In this document: positions 1 to 11,553 of the stretch, piece by piece
Layout: every line of letters begins with the position of its first letter
Position numbering within the stretch: the first letter of the stretch is position 1
Source of the DNA: Aureliella sp.
GTDB taxonomy: Bacteria > Planctomycetota > Planctomycetia > Pirellulales > Pirellulaceae
Direction of reading: 5' to 3'
Assembly (NCBI GenBank): GCA_963691875.1
Contig: OY829846.1
Coordinates: 32,001-96,000 of the forward strand
DNA: 64,000 bases
The notes under the pieces: model-generated
What the model saw: the letters and a program-made list of their open reading frames with translations, nothing else
Database searches by the model: none
Told to the model about the DNA's origin: nothing
Translations under genes and position numbers: made by a program

Positions 1-157
1 GAATCACGCGATCAATCGCTTGGAAGCTCCCCAAAAACTCGCGGTCCTCCAAATGCTTCATGCCAGGCATGACCACTACAGCAAAGGCGAACAGGAATCC
101 TGCCATGAGTGAACAAAGAAATGTTGCCGTCACAAGAACATAGGTAAAGATGTTCAC
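1..157 (-). CDS. DUF1772 / anthrone oxygenase family membrane protein (N-terminal part, runs off the window)
   Basis: Hand translation from GTG at 157: VNIFTYVLVTATFLCSLMAGFLFAFAVVVMPGMKHLEDREFLGSFQAIDRVI, which matches the DUF1772 N-terminal pattern (AG.LFAF...VMPG...L....F...FQ.ID). Confidence 0.75.
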   Translation of the reverse strand, partial: MNIFTYVLVTATFLCSLMAGFLFAFAVVVMPGMKHLEDREFLGSFQAIDRVI

Positions 158-252
158 AAGATCATTCCAATTGCTGTGATAGAACCCAACGCTGTCATCG
201 AGACTCTGCGGTAGAATTTACCGAAGTTGTCCGATCCAATGAAGGAGTCAGA

Positions 253-750
253 TTGACATTCGATTTAGTCTTTGTCTCCGCCTGGCTAGCGGCTGCGTTG
301 TTCTTCTGGGCAAGGCTGCACGGTTTGCGCGAGGCCCCGAAAAAGCGACTGGATCAGTCAGGTGCTGTACTGCTCTGGCTGCACATTCTCATCGCTTACG
401 TACTAACGCACCAGGGGTCGCATTCCGCGGCGGTGGAGCACGTGGCGATTCGAACGGAAGAAACGGTTGGTATCCGTTCTGGAATCGGCATCTACGCCAA
501 CTACCTCACCGCATTTCTCTGGTCCCTGTGCGCCTTCACTTGCATCCCGTCTCATAGCCAGATGATGCGGTGGATGATTGAAGGATTCCTGTGGATGATG
601 TTCATCTCCGCCTCGGTGGTGTTTGCCGAACGCACATCCTCCATTGTCTTTGCGGTACTCAGCTTGGCTGTCGCTTGCAGTTATCTTGCCCGCTCCGGAC
701 ATCCGTCGCAGAATTGGAATACACGAAGCGACCGAAGGAACAGGAATTGA
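253..750 (+). CDS. Hypothetical multi-pass membrane protein
   Basis: 165-aa ORF with 4-5 hydrophobic segments, an H..SH..A..H motif and GAAGGAG RBS upstream of the TTG start. Confidence 0.65.
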   Translation: MTFDLVFVSAWLAAALFFWARLHGLREAPKKRLDQSGAVLLWLHILIAYVLTHQGSHSAAVEHVAIRTEETVGIRSGIGIYANYLTAFLWSLCAFTCIPSHSQMMRWMIEGFLWMMFISASVVFAERTSSIVFAVLSLAVACSYLARSGHPSQNWNTRSDRRNRN

Positions 751-913
751 AGGGGACGTGCCATTGACAAACTGCTTGGTGAAATTGGGTCGGAACAAGC
801 ATTCAGCCCTGAGCTTTAAAAGTACTCGATGGTAGTAAGTGATGAACGAATGAGCGAGAAAGCCGCGAGCTGACTTCATCTCCGGCTCGACAAAAGAGTC
901 CGCCCTCTCCCGC

Positions 914-965
914 CTTCGCCATCGATGCGACCTGGTAAACCATGAAGGCCGATGCGATGGCGAAG
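914..965. repeat. Inverted repeat / hairpin
   Basis: CTTCGCCATCG (914-924) pairs perfectly with CGATGGCGAAG (955-965). Confidence 0.5.
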
Positions 966-1065
966 CCGAAAGAGGCTTATCGATAGCAGCTTAGGGATAA
1001 ACTAGCAAAATCGAATATGTGCAACTTAGGGACACTAACCTCTATTCTTTGGGTGATTCCCAAGA

Positions 1066-1590
1066 GTGGGCTTGGCAAACGACACCAGCAGTGAAGTTGA
1101 AACGGAGAAGCAAGGTAGCTCCGAAAACATTAAGAAGCAGCGGTTTGAGCCGTACGAGGATTTCATTCCTTGCGACGTCAAAATGCTCACCGTCGCTGCT
1201 CTTCGTGCTCAGGACCGTGGGGCCAGCCATGAAGCTGCTAGCCTTGCTGGATTGGCTAGGTCCAAAGAGCCGATTTGTATCCGTTCTAAGAATGTTTGGC
1301 AGTGTTCTGCTTTTACTGCGTTGTGCAGTCTTACTTGCTGCACCTTGAGGATTGGGCGCTTTATTGGATCTTCCGCGGCGTCCTTATTGTGGCGATGCAC
1401 AGAAGTGTATTGTTTGGGGCCGGTGTTGTTTGGGTGCCGGCCGAGTGAGGATTCAACGGACCAGGTGGGCTAGCGCAAGTCTACGTCGCCAGGGTAATTC
1501 TGTTCGCACTGCTTTTTTAGCTCTGCAATTGGTTTTGCGTTGAAAACGATGCAGCAGGAGCTCGATTTACAGCTGTCTTTGAGACACAGT
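1066..1590 (+). pseudogene. Probable decayed membrane-protein gene
   Basis: Hydrophobic fragments in shifting + frames (LRMFGSVLLLLRCAVLLAAP*, VYVARVILFALLF*) broken by stops; no intact ORF. Confidence 0.3.
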
Positions 1591-1597
1591 TAGCAAC

Positions 1598-2743
1598 TCA
1601 GCGACGGTCAAACCAACTTCGCGGAATGAGAGCCGCGTTAAGCTGAATACGGTCGCGATTCCAGGCGGGTTTGGCGTACATATAAGTTAGAATCGCGTTT
1701 CCTTCCTCGGTGAAGAAGCAATCGAGATTCGTGTATTCGGCCTGTGGGTCTGAAGCCACTTGCCCCACAATTCTCCAAGAGTTCCCGTTGTCAGAGGATC
1801 TTGCACAAGTCAACGGCGTGCGTTCTCCAAAGTGATGGTGCTTGGTGTTGTACTTGCTATTGTTGAAAAACAGCACGACATCATTGGTGTCGGGCAATCT
1901 TCTCAGGCAGGTCCCTGACTCACCGCCTTCCAATCCGCTGAAGACTGGCTCGCTCCATGTTTTTCCTTCATCGCTGGAGCGAGAAACATAAGGCCCGCCA
2001 AGCTGGGTGCGCAGAGTCATCAACAGACTCTCATCGGCAAGTTGCGCGACGGAGGCTTCCATCGCTCCTCGCTTGGGAAGGTCGATTTGAGTTGACTTGC
2101 TCCAGTTCTTTCCACGTTTATCCTTCAGCAGACACCACGCACTATTTTTTTGCCTCCATTGATTCCCCGTGCCTCCGTGGAAAGGAAGTAACAATCGCCC
2201 TGATTCAAGCTGGAGCAGGCTACTCGTTCCACCTTGCAGCAACTGACCGTTGGACTTACTCCAAAGAGATTCGGTAGGTGCAAATGTTTGACCTTCGTCA
2301 GTAGACCGAAACAAACACATGGTGCTGCTGTCTCCACTGTGATGCGCTCTCAGTGCGATCAACAACAGCTGGCCATCCTCCGTACGCAGAAGTGCTGGTG
2401 CTTGAACATTCATATCGCCTTCTGCAACGTCCACCAGCATGCGTGGCTTCGTCCAAGTCTTCCCCTGGTCCGCACTCACCTTGGACCAGATTCTGCAGAG
2501 ACCGTGGTCATGACCGCTGTCTTTACCGCCTTCGTACTTGTGGTACACGACCATCAGCCCCCCATCCGCCAAGCGAGCAATCGACGCGGTATCGCTGCGC
2601 GGTGTTTCCCTTGTTGCAGGTTCAATGACTACATGTCGAATCAGCTCTGGCTCATCACCAACTGAAGGCGCTCCATTCGATAAAGCGAACAGCAAGAAAA
2701 GAACAAGAGGAATCTGAGGAGAGCGCATTACTGCCAAAGCCAT
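1598..2743 (-). CDS. Secreted BNR/Asp-box beta-propeller, sialidase-family (GH33-like) protein
   Basis: Signal peptide; Asp boxes SADQGKTW, STDEGQTF, SSDEGKTW, SSDNGNSW; ERTPL motif. ATG overlaps the upstream stop (TGATG). Confidence 0.85.
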   Translation of the reverse strand: MALAVMRSPQIPLVLFLLFALSNGAPSVGDEPELIRHVVIEPATRETPRSDTASIARLADGGLMVVYHKYEGGKDSGHDHGLCRIWSKVSADQGKTWTKPRMLVDVAEGDMNVQAPALLRTEDGQLLLIALRAHHSGDSSTMCLFRSTDEGQTFAPTESLWSKSNGQLLQGGTSSLLQLESGRLLLPFHGGTGNQWRQKNSAWCLLKDKRGKNWSKSTQIDLPKRGAMEASVAQLADESLLMTLRTQLGGPYVSRSSDEGKTWSEPVFSGLEGGESGTCLRRLPDTNDVVLFFNNSKYNTKHHHFGERTPLTCARSSDNGNSWRIVGQVASDPQAEYTNLDCFFTEEGNAILTYMYAKPAWNRDRIQLNAALIPRSWFDRR

Positions 2744-4074
2744 CAAGCGAGAATTTCCCGAATAACCTTACCACCTTGCGGACCGGTCAAACGATGCCTG
2801 CGACCTTCGAAATGATAATCAAGCGAATCATGGTCAAGGCCCATCATGTGGAGAATCGTCGCGTGAAGATCACGGAAATGCATCTTCCCAGTAATCGCCC
2901 TCACCCCGGTGTCGTTAGTAGCTCCATGAGTGAAACCTCGCTTCACGCCACCACCGGCCATCCAGAACGTGAAGCCACGAGGATTATGTCCAGTCTCATC
3001 CTTGCCGCCAGGCACTAATCCTGGGCGTCCAAACTCGCCGCCCCACACAACCAAGGTGTCATCGAGCAGCCCTCGTTGCTCCAAGTCTTCTAGCAGCGCC
3101 GCAATCGGCTTGTCTGTTACCGAACAATTGGCCATCAAGTCACGCCTGTGAGATTTGTGCTGATCCCAGCTGCCATGATTCACTTCAATAAATCGAACAC
3201 CAGCCTCGGCAAATCTTCTTGCCAACAAGCATTGGCGACCGAAATCTGACTGCCGGCAAGTTCCAACCACATTATCAAAGCCGACGTTGTACCGATTTAG
3301 CGTGTACGCAGTCTCATTGCTGATATCGAGAATGTCCGGTGCAGTAGACTGCATGCGAAATCCAAGCTCTAGCGAATTGATCACGCCTTCCAATTGAAGA
3401 TCTTCTGACCGTTGCTCCAGGTGCCTTTGGTTCAATGCTTGAACGAAATCCAACTGCCGACGCTTAGCATGAAGCGAAAGATGCTCGCCTGAGACATTTG
3501 GAATCGTAGCCTTAGTCATATCCTCGCCGTTTACCCCGATTGCTGTTCCCGCGCAAACGGTTGGTAAGAACGCAGAGGTATAAAACTGCGGCTTCGATGT
3601 GTTCAAGCTGACGTAGCCGGGAAGATCTTCATTCTCTGTTCCCAAGCCGTAATTGACCCAAGCACCCAAAGTAGGTCGCTTTCGCAGGCGTTCGCCAGAA
3701 TGCAGCTGAAGCGAGGATTGCGCATGGTTGCCCGTATCACAGTACATTCCCTTTAAAAAACAGAGTTTGTCGATCTGGCGAGCAGTATGCGGCATCAGCT
3801 CAGATGCCCAGGCTCCCGACTCGCCATGTTTAGCAAACTTAAACGCCGAGCCTCCATGCGGCTTTTTTCCAACTTGTGGCTTGTAATCAAACGTGTCCAG
3901 GTGGGCTGGACCACCACTCATAAATAGAAAGATCACTCGTTTCGCAGACGCAGTTCGTGCTAAAGGCTTGGCCGCAGCAGCTTCTGCCGATAGAAGTCCC
4001 TGCAATGCAGTAAAACCGAATCCGCACGAGACAGCCTGCAACATTCTCCGCCGCGAAAAATTGAGTTCATTCAT
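2743..4074 (-). CDS. DUF1501 domain protein (Tat-exported, alkaline phosphatase/sulfatase-like fold)
   Basis: SRRRML Tat motif, [46 protein letters not shown]. Alternative TTG start at 4080. Confidence 0.92.
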   Translation of the reverse strand: MNELNFSRRRMLQAVSCGFGFTALQGLLSAEAAAAKPLARTASAKRVIFLFMSGGPAHLDTFDYKPQVGKKPHGGSAFKFAKHGESGAWASELMPHTARQIDKLCFLKGMYCDTGNHAQSSLQLHSGERLRKRPTLGAWVNYGLGTENEDLPGYVSLNTSKPQFYTSAFLPTVCAGTAIGVNGEDMTKATIPNVSGEHLSLHAKRRQLDFVQALNQRHLEQRSEDLQLEGVINSLELGFRMQSTAPDILDISNETAYTLNRYNVGFDNVVGTCRQSDFGRQCLLARRFAEAGVRFIEVNHGSWDQHKSHRRDLMANCSVTDKPIAALLEDLEQRGLLDDTLVVWGGEFGRPGLVPGGKDETGHNPRGFTFWMAGGGVKRGFTHGATNDTGVRAITGKMHFRDLHATILHMMGLDHDSLDYHFEGRRHRLTGPQGGKVIREILA

Positions 4075-4076
4075 CG

Positions 4077-7000
4077 TCAATCCACATAACGAAATTCACT
4101 AGCCAGAAACAGAGCTTGGCAAAGTGCAGTCCAACTTCGCAACTCAACTTGCATCATCCGCGCAGAGCTCTCCTCTAAGTCGGCCCGCAAACCACGTAGA
4201 AGAGCAGAGGCCGTTTCAAGCTCCCATTGCTCCGGCGTGCGTGTCAAAACTCGTTCGTACGCTTGGATGATCCGCTGACTTTCGTTTTGTCCCGGCTTCC
4301 CCACAAGTTGTGCAGCGAGTTCCTGTGACTGCTCGACCAAGAACTTGCTGTTCAAAAGGTAGAGTGACTGCGTCGGTTGCAAAGTCACATCACGACGGCC
4401 TTTTACTTCCAATGCATCCGGAAGATCGAAGGCGGCTAGATCTGGAGGAGGAGAGTTTCTCAGCATGCATAGATAAATACTGCGATGCTTGCTTGGCCTG
4501 TGAAGCGTATCGCCTACTTGATTCACTTGAACATCTAAGTGCTGCACGTCGGAGCCGGTACCGGGCTGAAGATTCAGTTGTCCCGAAGCCATGAGAATAC
4601 TGTCACGAATCGCTTCGGCATCGAGTCGCCGGCGACTGTGACGAGCTAGCCACTTGTTGTCCGGATCGAATCTTGCGGTTTGCGAATCACAAAGACTGTC
4701 TAAGCCGTAGGTTCGAGTGAGAACAATATCTCGAATCAGCTGCTTAATTGACCAACCATTTTCGATAAATCGCGTCGCTAAGTGATCAAGCAGCTGGGGA
4801 TGCGACGGGCGCGAACCATAAAATCCAAAGTCATCAGGAGTAGAAACGAGCGGTTGCCCCATGAGATGATGCCAAACGCGGTTGACCATGACCCTCGCTG
4901 TCAGCGGATGTTCTCGATCCACAAGCCATTGAACAAGCTCCATTCGGCCACTTGCCTTCGGATCTTTCACTGGACTATACGGGCGAAGAGACTCATTCAG
5001 ACGCTGCACCTTCAGGTTGCGAAATCGAATCTTGCCACTCTCGCCCTTTCCAGCAGCACTTTGTAAGGCAATCTTGCCCGCAGGCAAGTTCTTTCTCTCC
5101 AACGTATAATCAACAAGTAGCTCATCATTGATCCAGCCTTGAACTTTCTCGCCAGCGACTTTCAAACGCAGGCGATTCCACTGCTCCAGCTCGATCTCTT
5201 CCTCCGGCACCGCTTTTAGTTTCCATTCGCCATAGAACACGCCGAACGGCTCGCCTTCCGAAGCTTTGCCGAGATTGAAATGGGGGGCAGAACCAGGTTT
5301 CGCGTCAAATCGAAATGATATGCCGCTGTTGAATGTTCCTTTACCCTGTAACTGGAAATCGCATTGCAGGTCGAAATCCAGAAACTCTTCTCGAGAGGTT
5401 AGAAATCCACTCTCGGCTGCGTTTGCCGTGCCCGATATGGTTCCCTTGGTAATTGTCCATTTCGGCTTTCCAACTCGAGAGGCCTCACTCATGGAGCTGA
5501 GAAATGGACGCAGTTCTTTGTCCGCTGGGATGACGACTGGAGGCTTGGGCTCTGTCCAAGCAGATAGGAAACCGCGTGGTACGCTTTCACCCAACTTCTG
5601 AGACTCGCCATTGATGTTGATCTTGCAGTCGCCAGCAGTTGTAGCTTCGCGCACTCCCATCGCGAGATTGTTGGGCGATGGCACGATCGGTGCTGGCTGC
5701 ACAGGGCCGCTTCTCTCTGGCTGGCCCGAGGCGGAATGCAGCAACTTTGCTTCTTGGGGCGACAATGCTCGGTCAAAGAAAGCGAACTCGGTCATGTTGC
5801 CCTGGAGCGAAAACATGCCATCGGAGCGAGACCCCAAAGTGAACTCACGGACCTCTTCAGAAGCAGGTGGCAATTCGGCGTCGATATCAAGGTTTTCGAC
5901 TCCGTTCAATTGCAGCCGAACTCGATCTTTCTCACGAACTAGAACAACGTGATTCCATGTGCGCTCTGGAATGACAGCCGCACCAGTCACTGAAGGTACG
6001 TCCTTGACACCTGGAAAGACGAACAGATGACCGGGATCTGCACCTTGGTAGGTTCCGCTAAGCCCGAGGTGATCCCCCACGCCTTCCAACTTGGCTCGAT
6101 TGGCAAACGAAAAGAGATAGGCCGTCATGATGACAGAACTACTCTTCAAGTCATTGCGGAACCAGAAAGAGACGGAATAGGAGTCCGTCTGCTGACGTAC
6201 TTTGCCACGAATCCGCCCCTTGCCCATCGTAGCAAAGGTCGCGGGCGACATCTTCGCGCCATCTTCAGGCCGGAGATCTGCGTGCGGAGCATCGAGCTTC
6301 GAATAGATTGCTGGCTGCAGTGATCGGATAACCTCTGAGTAGCCATCGGGAAACGCCGGTAAGCCTGGTCCGATTTCGGGCAGAGAGGTATCACTTCGCT
6401 TCAGCACTTTGAGTTCATGCAACGGTGTAGGCGGCGCAGTGAGTTTTTCGTTTGCCGCCGCACCCCACATCGTCGTCGTGCTTGTGAAGATCCCAGCCAT
6501 CGCGTAGTAATCGCGAGTTGGAATCGGATCGTGCTTGTGATCATGGCAACGCGCGCAGCCAACACTCAGACCCATAATTCCTGAACTCACGACTCCGATT
6601 TGATCCGCAACAACATCCATGTTGAAGTTCACATTCATTGCGCTAGCAGGTTTGCTACCAAGAGCCAGAAAACCAGTTGCGATCTTGTTCCAGTCACTTT
6701 CAGTATCAGACTTGGCTGGCAACAAGTCGCCCGCAATCTGTTCGGCGATAAAGCGATCGTACGGCGTGTCACGGTTCAGCGCGCGAATAACGTAATCACG
6801 GTATCGCCAAGCGTGGGGAAAAGTCGCGTTACGCGCTAGTCCATCGTTGCCATTCGACTCACCGTAGCGCGCAACGTCGAGCCAGTGTCGCCCCCAGCGT
6901 TCCCCAAAATGCGGCGAGGCGAGTAGCTCGTCGACCAACGCCTCAATTGCTCGCCGATTCAACAAACCTACGGGTGCAGCATTTGCATATTGTTGCGCCC

Positions 7001-7658
7001 CAGTGATTCGCACACTCCATCGGTCAATCTGACTCTTACTCGGGGGAAGCCCAATTAAGTCGTAAAATAGTCGCCGAACCAAAGTTCGCGCCGGAGCATC
7101 CCGCGTTGGCTTGAGTTCTTTCTGAATAAGCCTTGAAAAGACAAACTGATCAATCGGATCTCGAGCCCAACCCATTCCGACGCTCGGTGCCCTGGGAAAG
7201 CGGATGGGTTGAAAGGCCCAATGCCTTTGAGGTGGCATGCTACCATCTCGCGGCGTTTCCAGCCCTAATTCTTCGTCGGCTCTTGGATTTGGCGCGCCAC
7301 TTTGAACCCATTTTTCAAAATCCCGCAGGACGGACGCCGGTACAGGCTGCTCTGGAGGCATTTCGGTGCCGTCCCAACGCAATGCCTGAATCAGCAGACT
7401 TGCATCAGGGTCTCTGTCGATCACAATCCGCCCAGACTCTCCACCTTGGCGTAGGCCACGTTTCGAGTCCAAGAGTAGCTTCCCGCCGGCTTCGTCCGAC
7501 TCCGATGAATGGCACTCGTAGCAGTACTTCACCAAGGCAGGACGAATTCGATTCTCAAAGAAGTCTCGCTCGGCGCCAGTCAGCGATTCGGTCTGCGCCC
7601 AAGCCGCACCGGCCAGCCAGATTGCAGAAGCGAGAACAAGAAACCGAATGGTTTGCAC
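4077..7658 (-). CDS. Planctomycete cytochrome c / PSD1 (DUF1549-DUF1553) protein with LamG-like and DUF1080 insertions
   Basis: CYECH and [11 protein letters not shown] heme motifs, [31 protein letters not shown]; LamG-like segment ([14 protein letters not shown]) and DUF1080-like segment ([14 protein letters not shown]). Confidence 0.92.
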   Translation of the reverse strand: MQTIRFLVLASAIWLAGAAWAQTESLTGAERDFFENRIRPALVKYCYECHSSESDEAGGKLLLDSKRGLRQGGESGRIVIDRDPDASLLIQALRWDGTEMPPEQPVPASVLRDFEKWVQSGAPNPRADEELGLETPRDGSMPPQRHWAFQPIRFPRAPSVGMGWARDPIDQFVFSRLIQKELKPTRDAPARTLVRRLFYDLIGLPPSKSQIDRWSVRITGAQQYANAAPVGLLNRRAIEALVDELLASPHFGERWGRHWLDVARYGESNGNDGLARNATFPHAWRYRDYVIRALNRDTPYDRFIAEQIAGDLLPAKSDTESDWNKIATGFLALGSKPASAMNVNFNMDVVADQIGVVSSGIMGLSVGCARCHDHKHDPIPTRDYYAMAGIFTSTTTMWGAAANEKLTAPPTPLHELKVLKRSDTSLPEIGPGLPAFPDGYSEVIRSLQPAIYSKLDAPHADLRPEDGAKMSPATFATMGKGRIRGKVRQQTDSYSVSFWFRNDLKSSSVIMTAYLFSFANRAKLEGVGDHLGLSGTYQGADPGHLFVFPGVKDVPSVTGAAVIPERTWNHVVLVREKDRVRLQLNGVENLDIDAELPPASEEVREFTLGSRSDGMFSLQGNMTEFAFFDRALSPQEAKLLHSASGQPERSGPVQPAPIVPSPNNLAMGVREATTAGDCKININGESQKLGESVPRGFLSAWTEPKPPVVIPADKELRPFLSSMSEASRVGKPKWTITKGTISGTANAAESGFLTSREEFLDFDLQCDFQLQGKGTFNSGISFRFDAKPGSAPHFNLGKASEGEPFGVFYGEWKLKAVPEEEIELEQWNRLRLKVAGEKVQGWINDELLVDYTLERKNLPAGKIALQSAAGKGESGKIRFRNLKVQRLNESLRPYSPVKDPKASGRMELVQWLVDREHPLTARVMVNRVWHHLMGQPLVSTPDDFGFYGSRPSHPQLLDHLATRFIENGWSIKQLIRDIVLTRTYGLDSLCDSQTARFDPDNKWLARHSRRRLDAEAIRDSILMASGQLNLQPGTGSDVQHLDVQVNQVGDTLHRPSKHRSIYLCMLRNSPPPDLAAFDLPDALEVKGRRDVTLQPTQSLYLLNSKFLVEQSQELAAQLVGKPGQNESQRIIQAYERVLTRTPEQWELETASALLRGLRADLEESSARMMQVELRSWTALCQALFLASEFRYVD

Positions 7659-7786
7659 AGATACAACTTATTGATGCAGATTGTCTTCGGGATGTAATGC
7701 GTCAGGAAGGAGAAACGCAACAGGGGAAGAGCGGGCGATAAGCCGTCTACTGAGTGTAGCACACTTCGAACAACCAGGGTCAGACT

Positions 7787-8054
7787 AAGTTCTGAACGCC
7801 GAGGGTTGATTCGAGTTTCATGCTGGACGATCTTTGCAATCAGCCGAATTGGCGCAAGCTACGATTGTTAGCGAGAGAACCTTCGCTAGGCCGGTGCGGC
7901 TAAGTTCCGCTGGTTCGAAACGATTATTTGCCCTACTGAACTGCCCAAGCGACCTGAGCTCCCTAGGGTAAAGTGAGCCGAAAGCGCTAGCGTCGGGCCA
8001 AGTCAAGAAAACGCTGACGCGAGGCTAAAGTCGTCGAATCTCAACCTCTAAACT
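7787..8054. repeat. Cluster of degenerate palindromic intergenic repeats
   Basis: GTGAGCCGAAAGCGCTAGCGTCGGG (7973-7997) resembles TTGAGCCGATCTGTCTAGCGTCAGG (15203-15227); CGCTGACGCG at about 8012 resembles the 48792 element; weak terminal inverted repeat. Confidence 0.35.
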
Positions 8055-8302
8055 TAGCATCTCTGTTTTGATAGGGCACCAGTGCCGTCGCCCTAACTCA
8101 ATATCGTCTTCTTTCGCGATATCCGCGAAGAGCGAATCAATGTTCGAAATCTTTATGACTCTCTCACTGTTTGCATCGGGCTTCGCCAGCGTTTTCTACC
8201 GAATCACTGATGATGCGGTCACTTCGGTCATGGTACGAATGTGGCCTCTTGAGCTAAAATCAACGCGTGATTCGTCCATGGCTAGAACTAGGACCTTAAG
8301 GG

Positions 8303-10174
8303 ATGCGTTCTCTCATATTTGCTCTTTGGAGCTTCTTTCTGATTCTCAACGCCGAATCAACTCACGCTCAGCGGATGCCGCGCGAAAACGTCGTGGAGAC
8401 TCCGGCGATCAGCGAGGGGCTCTGTGTCAGCAACTTGTTCCAGTCCGGGATGGTGCTGCAGCGAGGCAAGCCGATTTCGATTTGGGGTTGGGGGAAACCA
8501 GGGGCGGAACTGTCGGTTGAGTTCGCCGAGTATTCCGTATCGGTCGAAGTCGCAGATGACAGAAGTTGGAAATTGAACTTGCCTGCCTGCGAAGCAACTG
8601 CCTTTCCTCAGGCTCTCAGCGTAACCAGTGGTGGCGACTCGCTTCAATTAACAGACATCCTCATCGGCGATGTTTGGGTGCTTGGCGGTCAGAGCAACAT
8701 GGAGTTTGAGCTAGCCAAGGTTGAAAACGGAAACCTTGAAATCGCCTCAGCAAACTATCCGCAGATGCGCTTACTCACAGTGCCTCAAGGCGTTGGCCCG
8801 GAGCCAAAACGGAGCTTTGAACGTTTGCATGAGTGGAGCGGTTGGCTTGGGCGTCACTTCCGCAAAGGAAACTGGGAGCATTGCACGCCGGAGTCGGCTC
8901 GTGAACTTTCCGCGATCGGCTTTGTATTTGCTCGACGAGTGCATCAAGCGAGTCAGGTGCCAATTGGTGTTATCGATATTTCTCGAGGCGGAACCACCGT
9001 CGAGGCGTGGACGCCGCTAGAAGCTCTCCGTAAGCTTGAAAGTCAACCGCTGCAAGCGAAGCTAGCAAGCATGGATGTTAAGGTTGCAGAGTGGGATTCG
9101 GAAAGGGATCTGGCAGATCGCATCAAGAAGCACGAACAGTGGTTAGAAAAGCAAGCAAAAGAGAACAAAGCAGTGCCAGAGGACCGCAAAGCAGCTCCAA
9201 CGGACCTTCGGCCGGGGCCGATCGCCGACCAGAATTACCCTGGCAACTGCTATGCCGGAATGCTTGCTCCGCTTGCCGGCCTTTCAGTAAAAGGAGCGAT
9301 TTTCCATCAAGGCTACAACAACGCCTTTGATTTCTCGCGGGGCGCTGAAATGTACCGGGACGTCTTTCCCGAGATGATTCGCTCGTGGCGCGCGGCGTTC
9401 AATGATCCTGAACTTGCTTTCGGAATTCTTTCACTTTGTACCGACGGATATCCTCAGACACGGGATGACTATTGCGAGAAGATGTTCAACGCTGGAATGG
9501 AGATCCGCGAGGCACAGTATCAGACTTTTCTGAGTCTGTACGATTCCGGCGACAAGAACGTCGGGTTTGCAAGCTCGTATGACTTGCGGCGCCGCTGGTA
9601 CCATCCTCAGCTAAAAGTACCTGCTGGCGAACGATTAGCACGTTGGGCGCTAGCTACTCAGTATGGCTTCAACCGCCAGTTGGAATGGAAGCCTCCTCAA
9701 ATCATCGAGATGGAAACGGCGGACAACGCACTGCACGTCGTCTTCGATGCCGATGTCGGGGATCCAGGTGATGGTAGTATGGAGGGCTTTGCGATCTGTG
9801 GCAAAGACCGGCGGTTTCATCCTGCCAATGTTGCTTACTTTGAAAAGGGGAAAGACGCGAGAGGGCGTCCACAACTCGACCGACGAACGTTAGTGTTAAC
9901 CAGTCCGATGGTGAACAGCCCGATACACTACCGCTTCGCTTGGGGACGCAATCCGCTGGCAAACCTTCAGAAGACCGGCAACAAGGACTTGCCCATCGCC
10001 ACTCAACGCAGCGACAACTGGAAGATGCAGGAGGTGCCACTTGGGGTCGTTGAGAATCCTAGCTCGGAGCTCTCACGTGCCGATCGCGGAAAGATTCTTC
10101 AAGCACTCCGCGCCCAGGATCAAGCCCGCCAAATCCGAAACGCTGAACTGATACTTGAGAGTGAAGGCAAATGA
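8303..10174 (+). CDS. Sialate O-acetylesterase (SASA/SGNH) family protein
   Basis: Signal peptide, GMVLQR, GDVWVLGGQSNM catalytic Ser motif, WYHP, C-terminal Ig-like part. Confidence 0.88.
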   Translation: MRSLIFALWSFFLILNAESTHAQRMPRENVVETPAISEGLCVSNLFQSGMVLQRGKPISIWGWGKPGAELSVEFAEYSVSVEVADDRSWKLNLPACEATAFPQALSVTSGGDSLQLTDILIGDVWVLGGQSNMEFELAKVENGNLEIASANYPQMRLLTVPQGVGPEPKRSFERLHEWSGWLGRHFRKGNWEHCTPESARELSAIGFVFARRVHQASQVPIGVIDISRGGTTVEAWTPLEALRKLESQPLQAKLASMDVKVAEWDSERDLADRIKKHEQWLEKQAKENKAVPEDRKAAPTDLRPGPIADQNYPGNCYAGMLAPLAGLSVKGAIFHQGYNNAFDFSRGAEMYRDVFPEMIRSWRAAFNDPELAFGILSLCTDGYPQTRDDYCEKMFNAGMEIREAQYQTFLSLYDSGDKNVGFASSYDLRRRWYHPQLKVPAGERLARWALATQYGFNRQLEWKPPQIIEMETADNALHVVFDADVGDPGDGSMEGFAICGKDRRFHPANVAYFEKGKDARGRPQLDRRTLVLTSPMVNSPIHYRFAWGRNPLANLQKTGNKDLPIATQRSDNWKMQEVPLGVVENPSSELSRADRGKILQALRAQDQARQIRNAELILESEGK

Positions 10175-10458
10175 GGGGAGGGAAATCGTTGCTGGTGTAT
10201 TGGTCCAATGGGCCGTTAACGAGCGAAGCTCTGTTACGGCATTAATAGTGGCGCCTGAGCGAAAACACTCCCACACTTCGTGAGCTCTGGGCTTTTGCCA
10301 TTCCGCTCAATTTGAACCGCCAATGCATATAGCGACCGAAGCTACTGACGAGGTCTGCTACATAGACGCCGTTATAGTTTGTTCATCGAAGTTCGAATAA
10401 GTGTCAATCAGTGTTCCCTTCTTCTTCAGCTGATTCCTCAACCACTGCCGTGGTGCCG

Positions 10459-11184
10459 TTAAGAGTTGGGGCGACGGAACCAGAAACACCCACAAGCGTA
10501 CTTTTGATTGAGCACCAAGTCTCGTGATGGATTCTCAACCAGCCCTTGCGAAAAATCATCTGGCAAGACCGAAAGCTGTTGAAGCTGCAGTTCGGGCAAT
10601 GCGGCTTCGATCATCTCAGGATCGTAGATCCGGTGAGCGTTGAACTGAATCTTGGGTTCGCCCACTGGCATCACGACCATCAGCGAACCTCCGGGGGCAA
10701 CGACGCGCTGTAGCTCAGCTAGTGCAGTTTGGTCGCCGAGTGGGTCAAGTGGATCGCCGTAGCGTCCGAGTCCGATGTGTTCAATCGTGTGCATGCAAGA
10801 AATCGACTCGACACTTTGATCTGAAAATTCCAGGTTGCATAGATCGGCCGCGCCGCACTTTAGATTGCTCAGCGTGATATCAGCCGGTCGATAGTCATAG
10901 AATTCGACGGGAACCCAAGCGGAAGCGAGGGTCGCAAAATAAGTGTACGAGCTTATATCGATGTGCTTGGTCGGGTTGATTTGAGCCAGAACCCGTGCTG
11001 CCCAAGCGGTATGGTAGACGTAGTGCGCGTCAAAAGGCAGAGTGCCGGTATCGTCATCCAAACGCGCCCAGCGGTCTTCCCAGGCTGCACGAAACTCTGG
11101 ACGAGCTTTCTCATTCAAGTCGCTAAATTCGCGAAACTGGCTGGCAAATCCCAATTTGCGTTTCGCTTTCCGCAGCATTTTCAT
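10459..11184 (-). CDS. DUF268 domain protein (SAM-methyltransferase-like)
   Basis: HTIEHIGLGRYGDPLDP and FNAHRIY hallmarks; AGGAAGG RBS before ATG 11184. Confidence 0.85.
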   Translation of the reverse strand: MKMLRKAKRKLGFASQFREFSDLNEKARPEFRAAWEDRWARLDDDTGTLPFDAHYVYHTAWAARVLAQINPTKHIDISSYTYFATLASAWVPVEFYDYRPADITLSNLKCGAADLCNLEFSDQSVESISCMHTIEHIGLGRYGDPLDPLGDQTALAELQRVVAPGGSLMVVMPVGEPKIQFNAHRIYDPEMIEAALPELQLQQLSVLPDDFSQGLVENPSRDLVLNQKYACGCFWFRRPNS

Positions 11185-11275
11185 CGCAGTTACCTTCCTT
11201 GTTGCTCGCAATGCGACAATTATGGCCTCAAATTGCCATTGGACTCAATACGGATCCCGATCCTCTTTCCTGGGC

Positions 11276-11293
11276 ATAGTGGGAATCGCCAGA
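11276..11293 (+). repeat. Degenerate GTAG-type REP copy
   Basis: ATAGTGGGAATCGCCAGA, 16/18 identical to the consensus GTAGTGGGATTCGCCAGA. Confidence 0.5.
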
Positions 11294-11553
11294 GGACCGT
11301 CGCACCTGCGCATTATCCAAGATCTTAGGAAGTCTCAGGTAAGGTTCCCAGTTGTCAGTTTCGCCTCACAAAACGCAAAAAACGTGACTTTCGCAGGGGA
11401 AGAAGGAGGCCGTTGAGCAATGTGCTCACATCCATTCTTGCCCAGTCATTCTGGATCCAGCCCTTAGTTGGATTCGACAGCAAGACAGACAGGAAGCTGA
11501 TATAGCTCCTGGCGTATTTGCACCACCGAGGTTTGCGACAGGCGAGCCGTCTT

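Noticed and set aside
8068..8520. 150-aa ORF with a short hydrophobic start (MFEIFMTLSLFASG)
   Set aside because: Overlaps the SASA gene out of frame and has no family support; a small peptide cannot be excluded.
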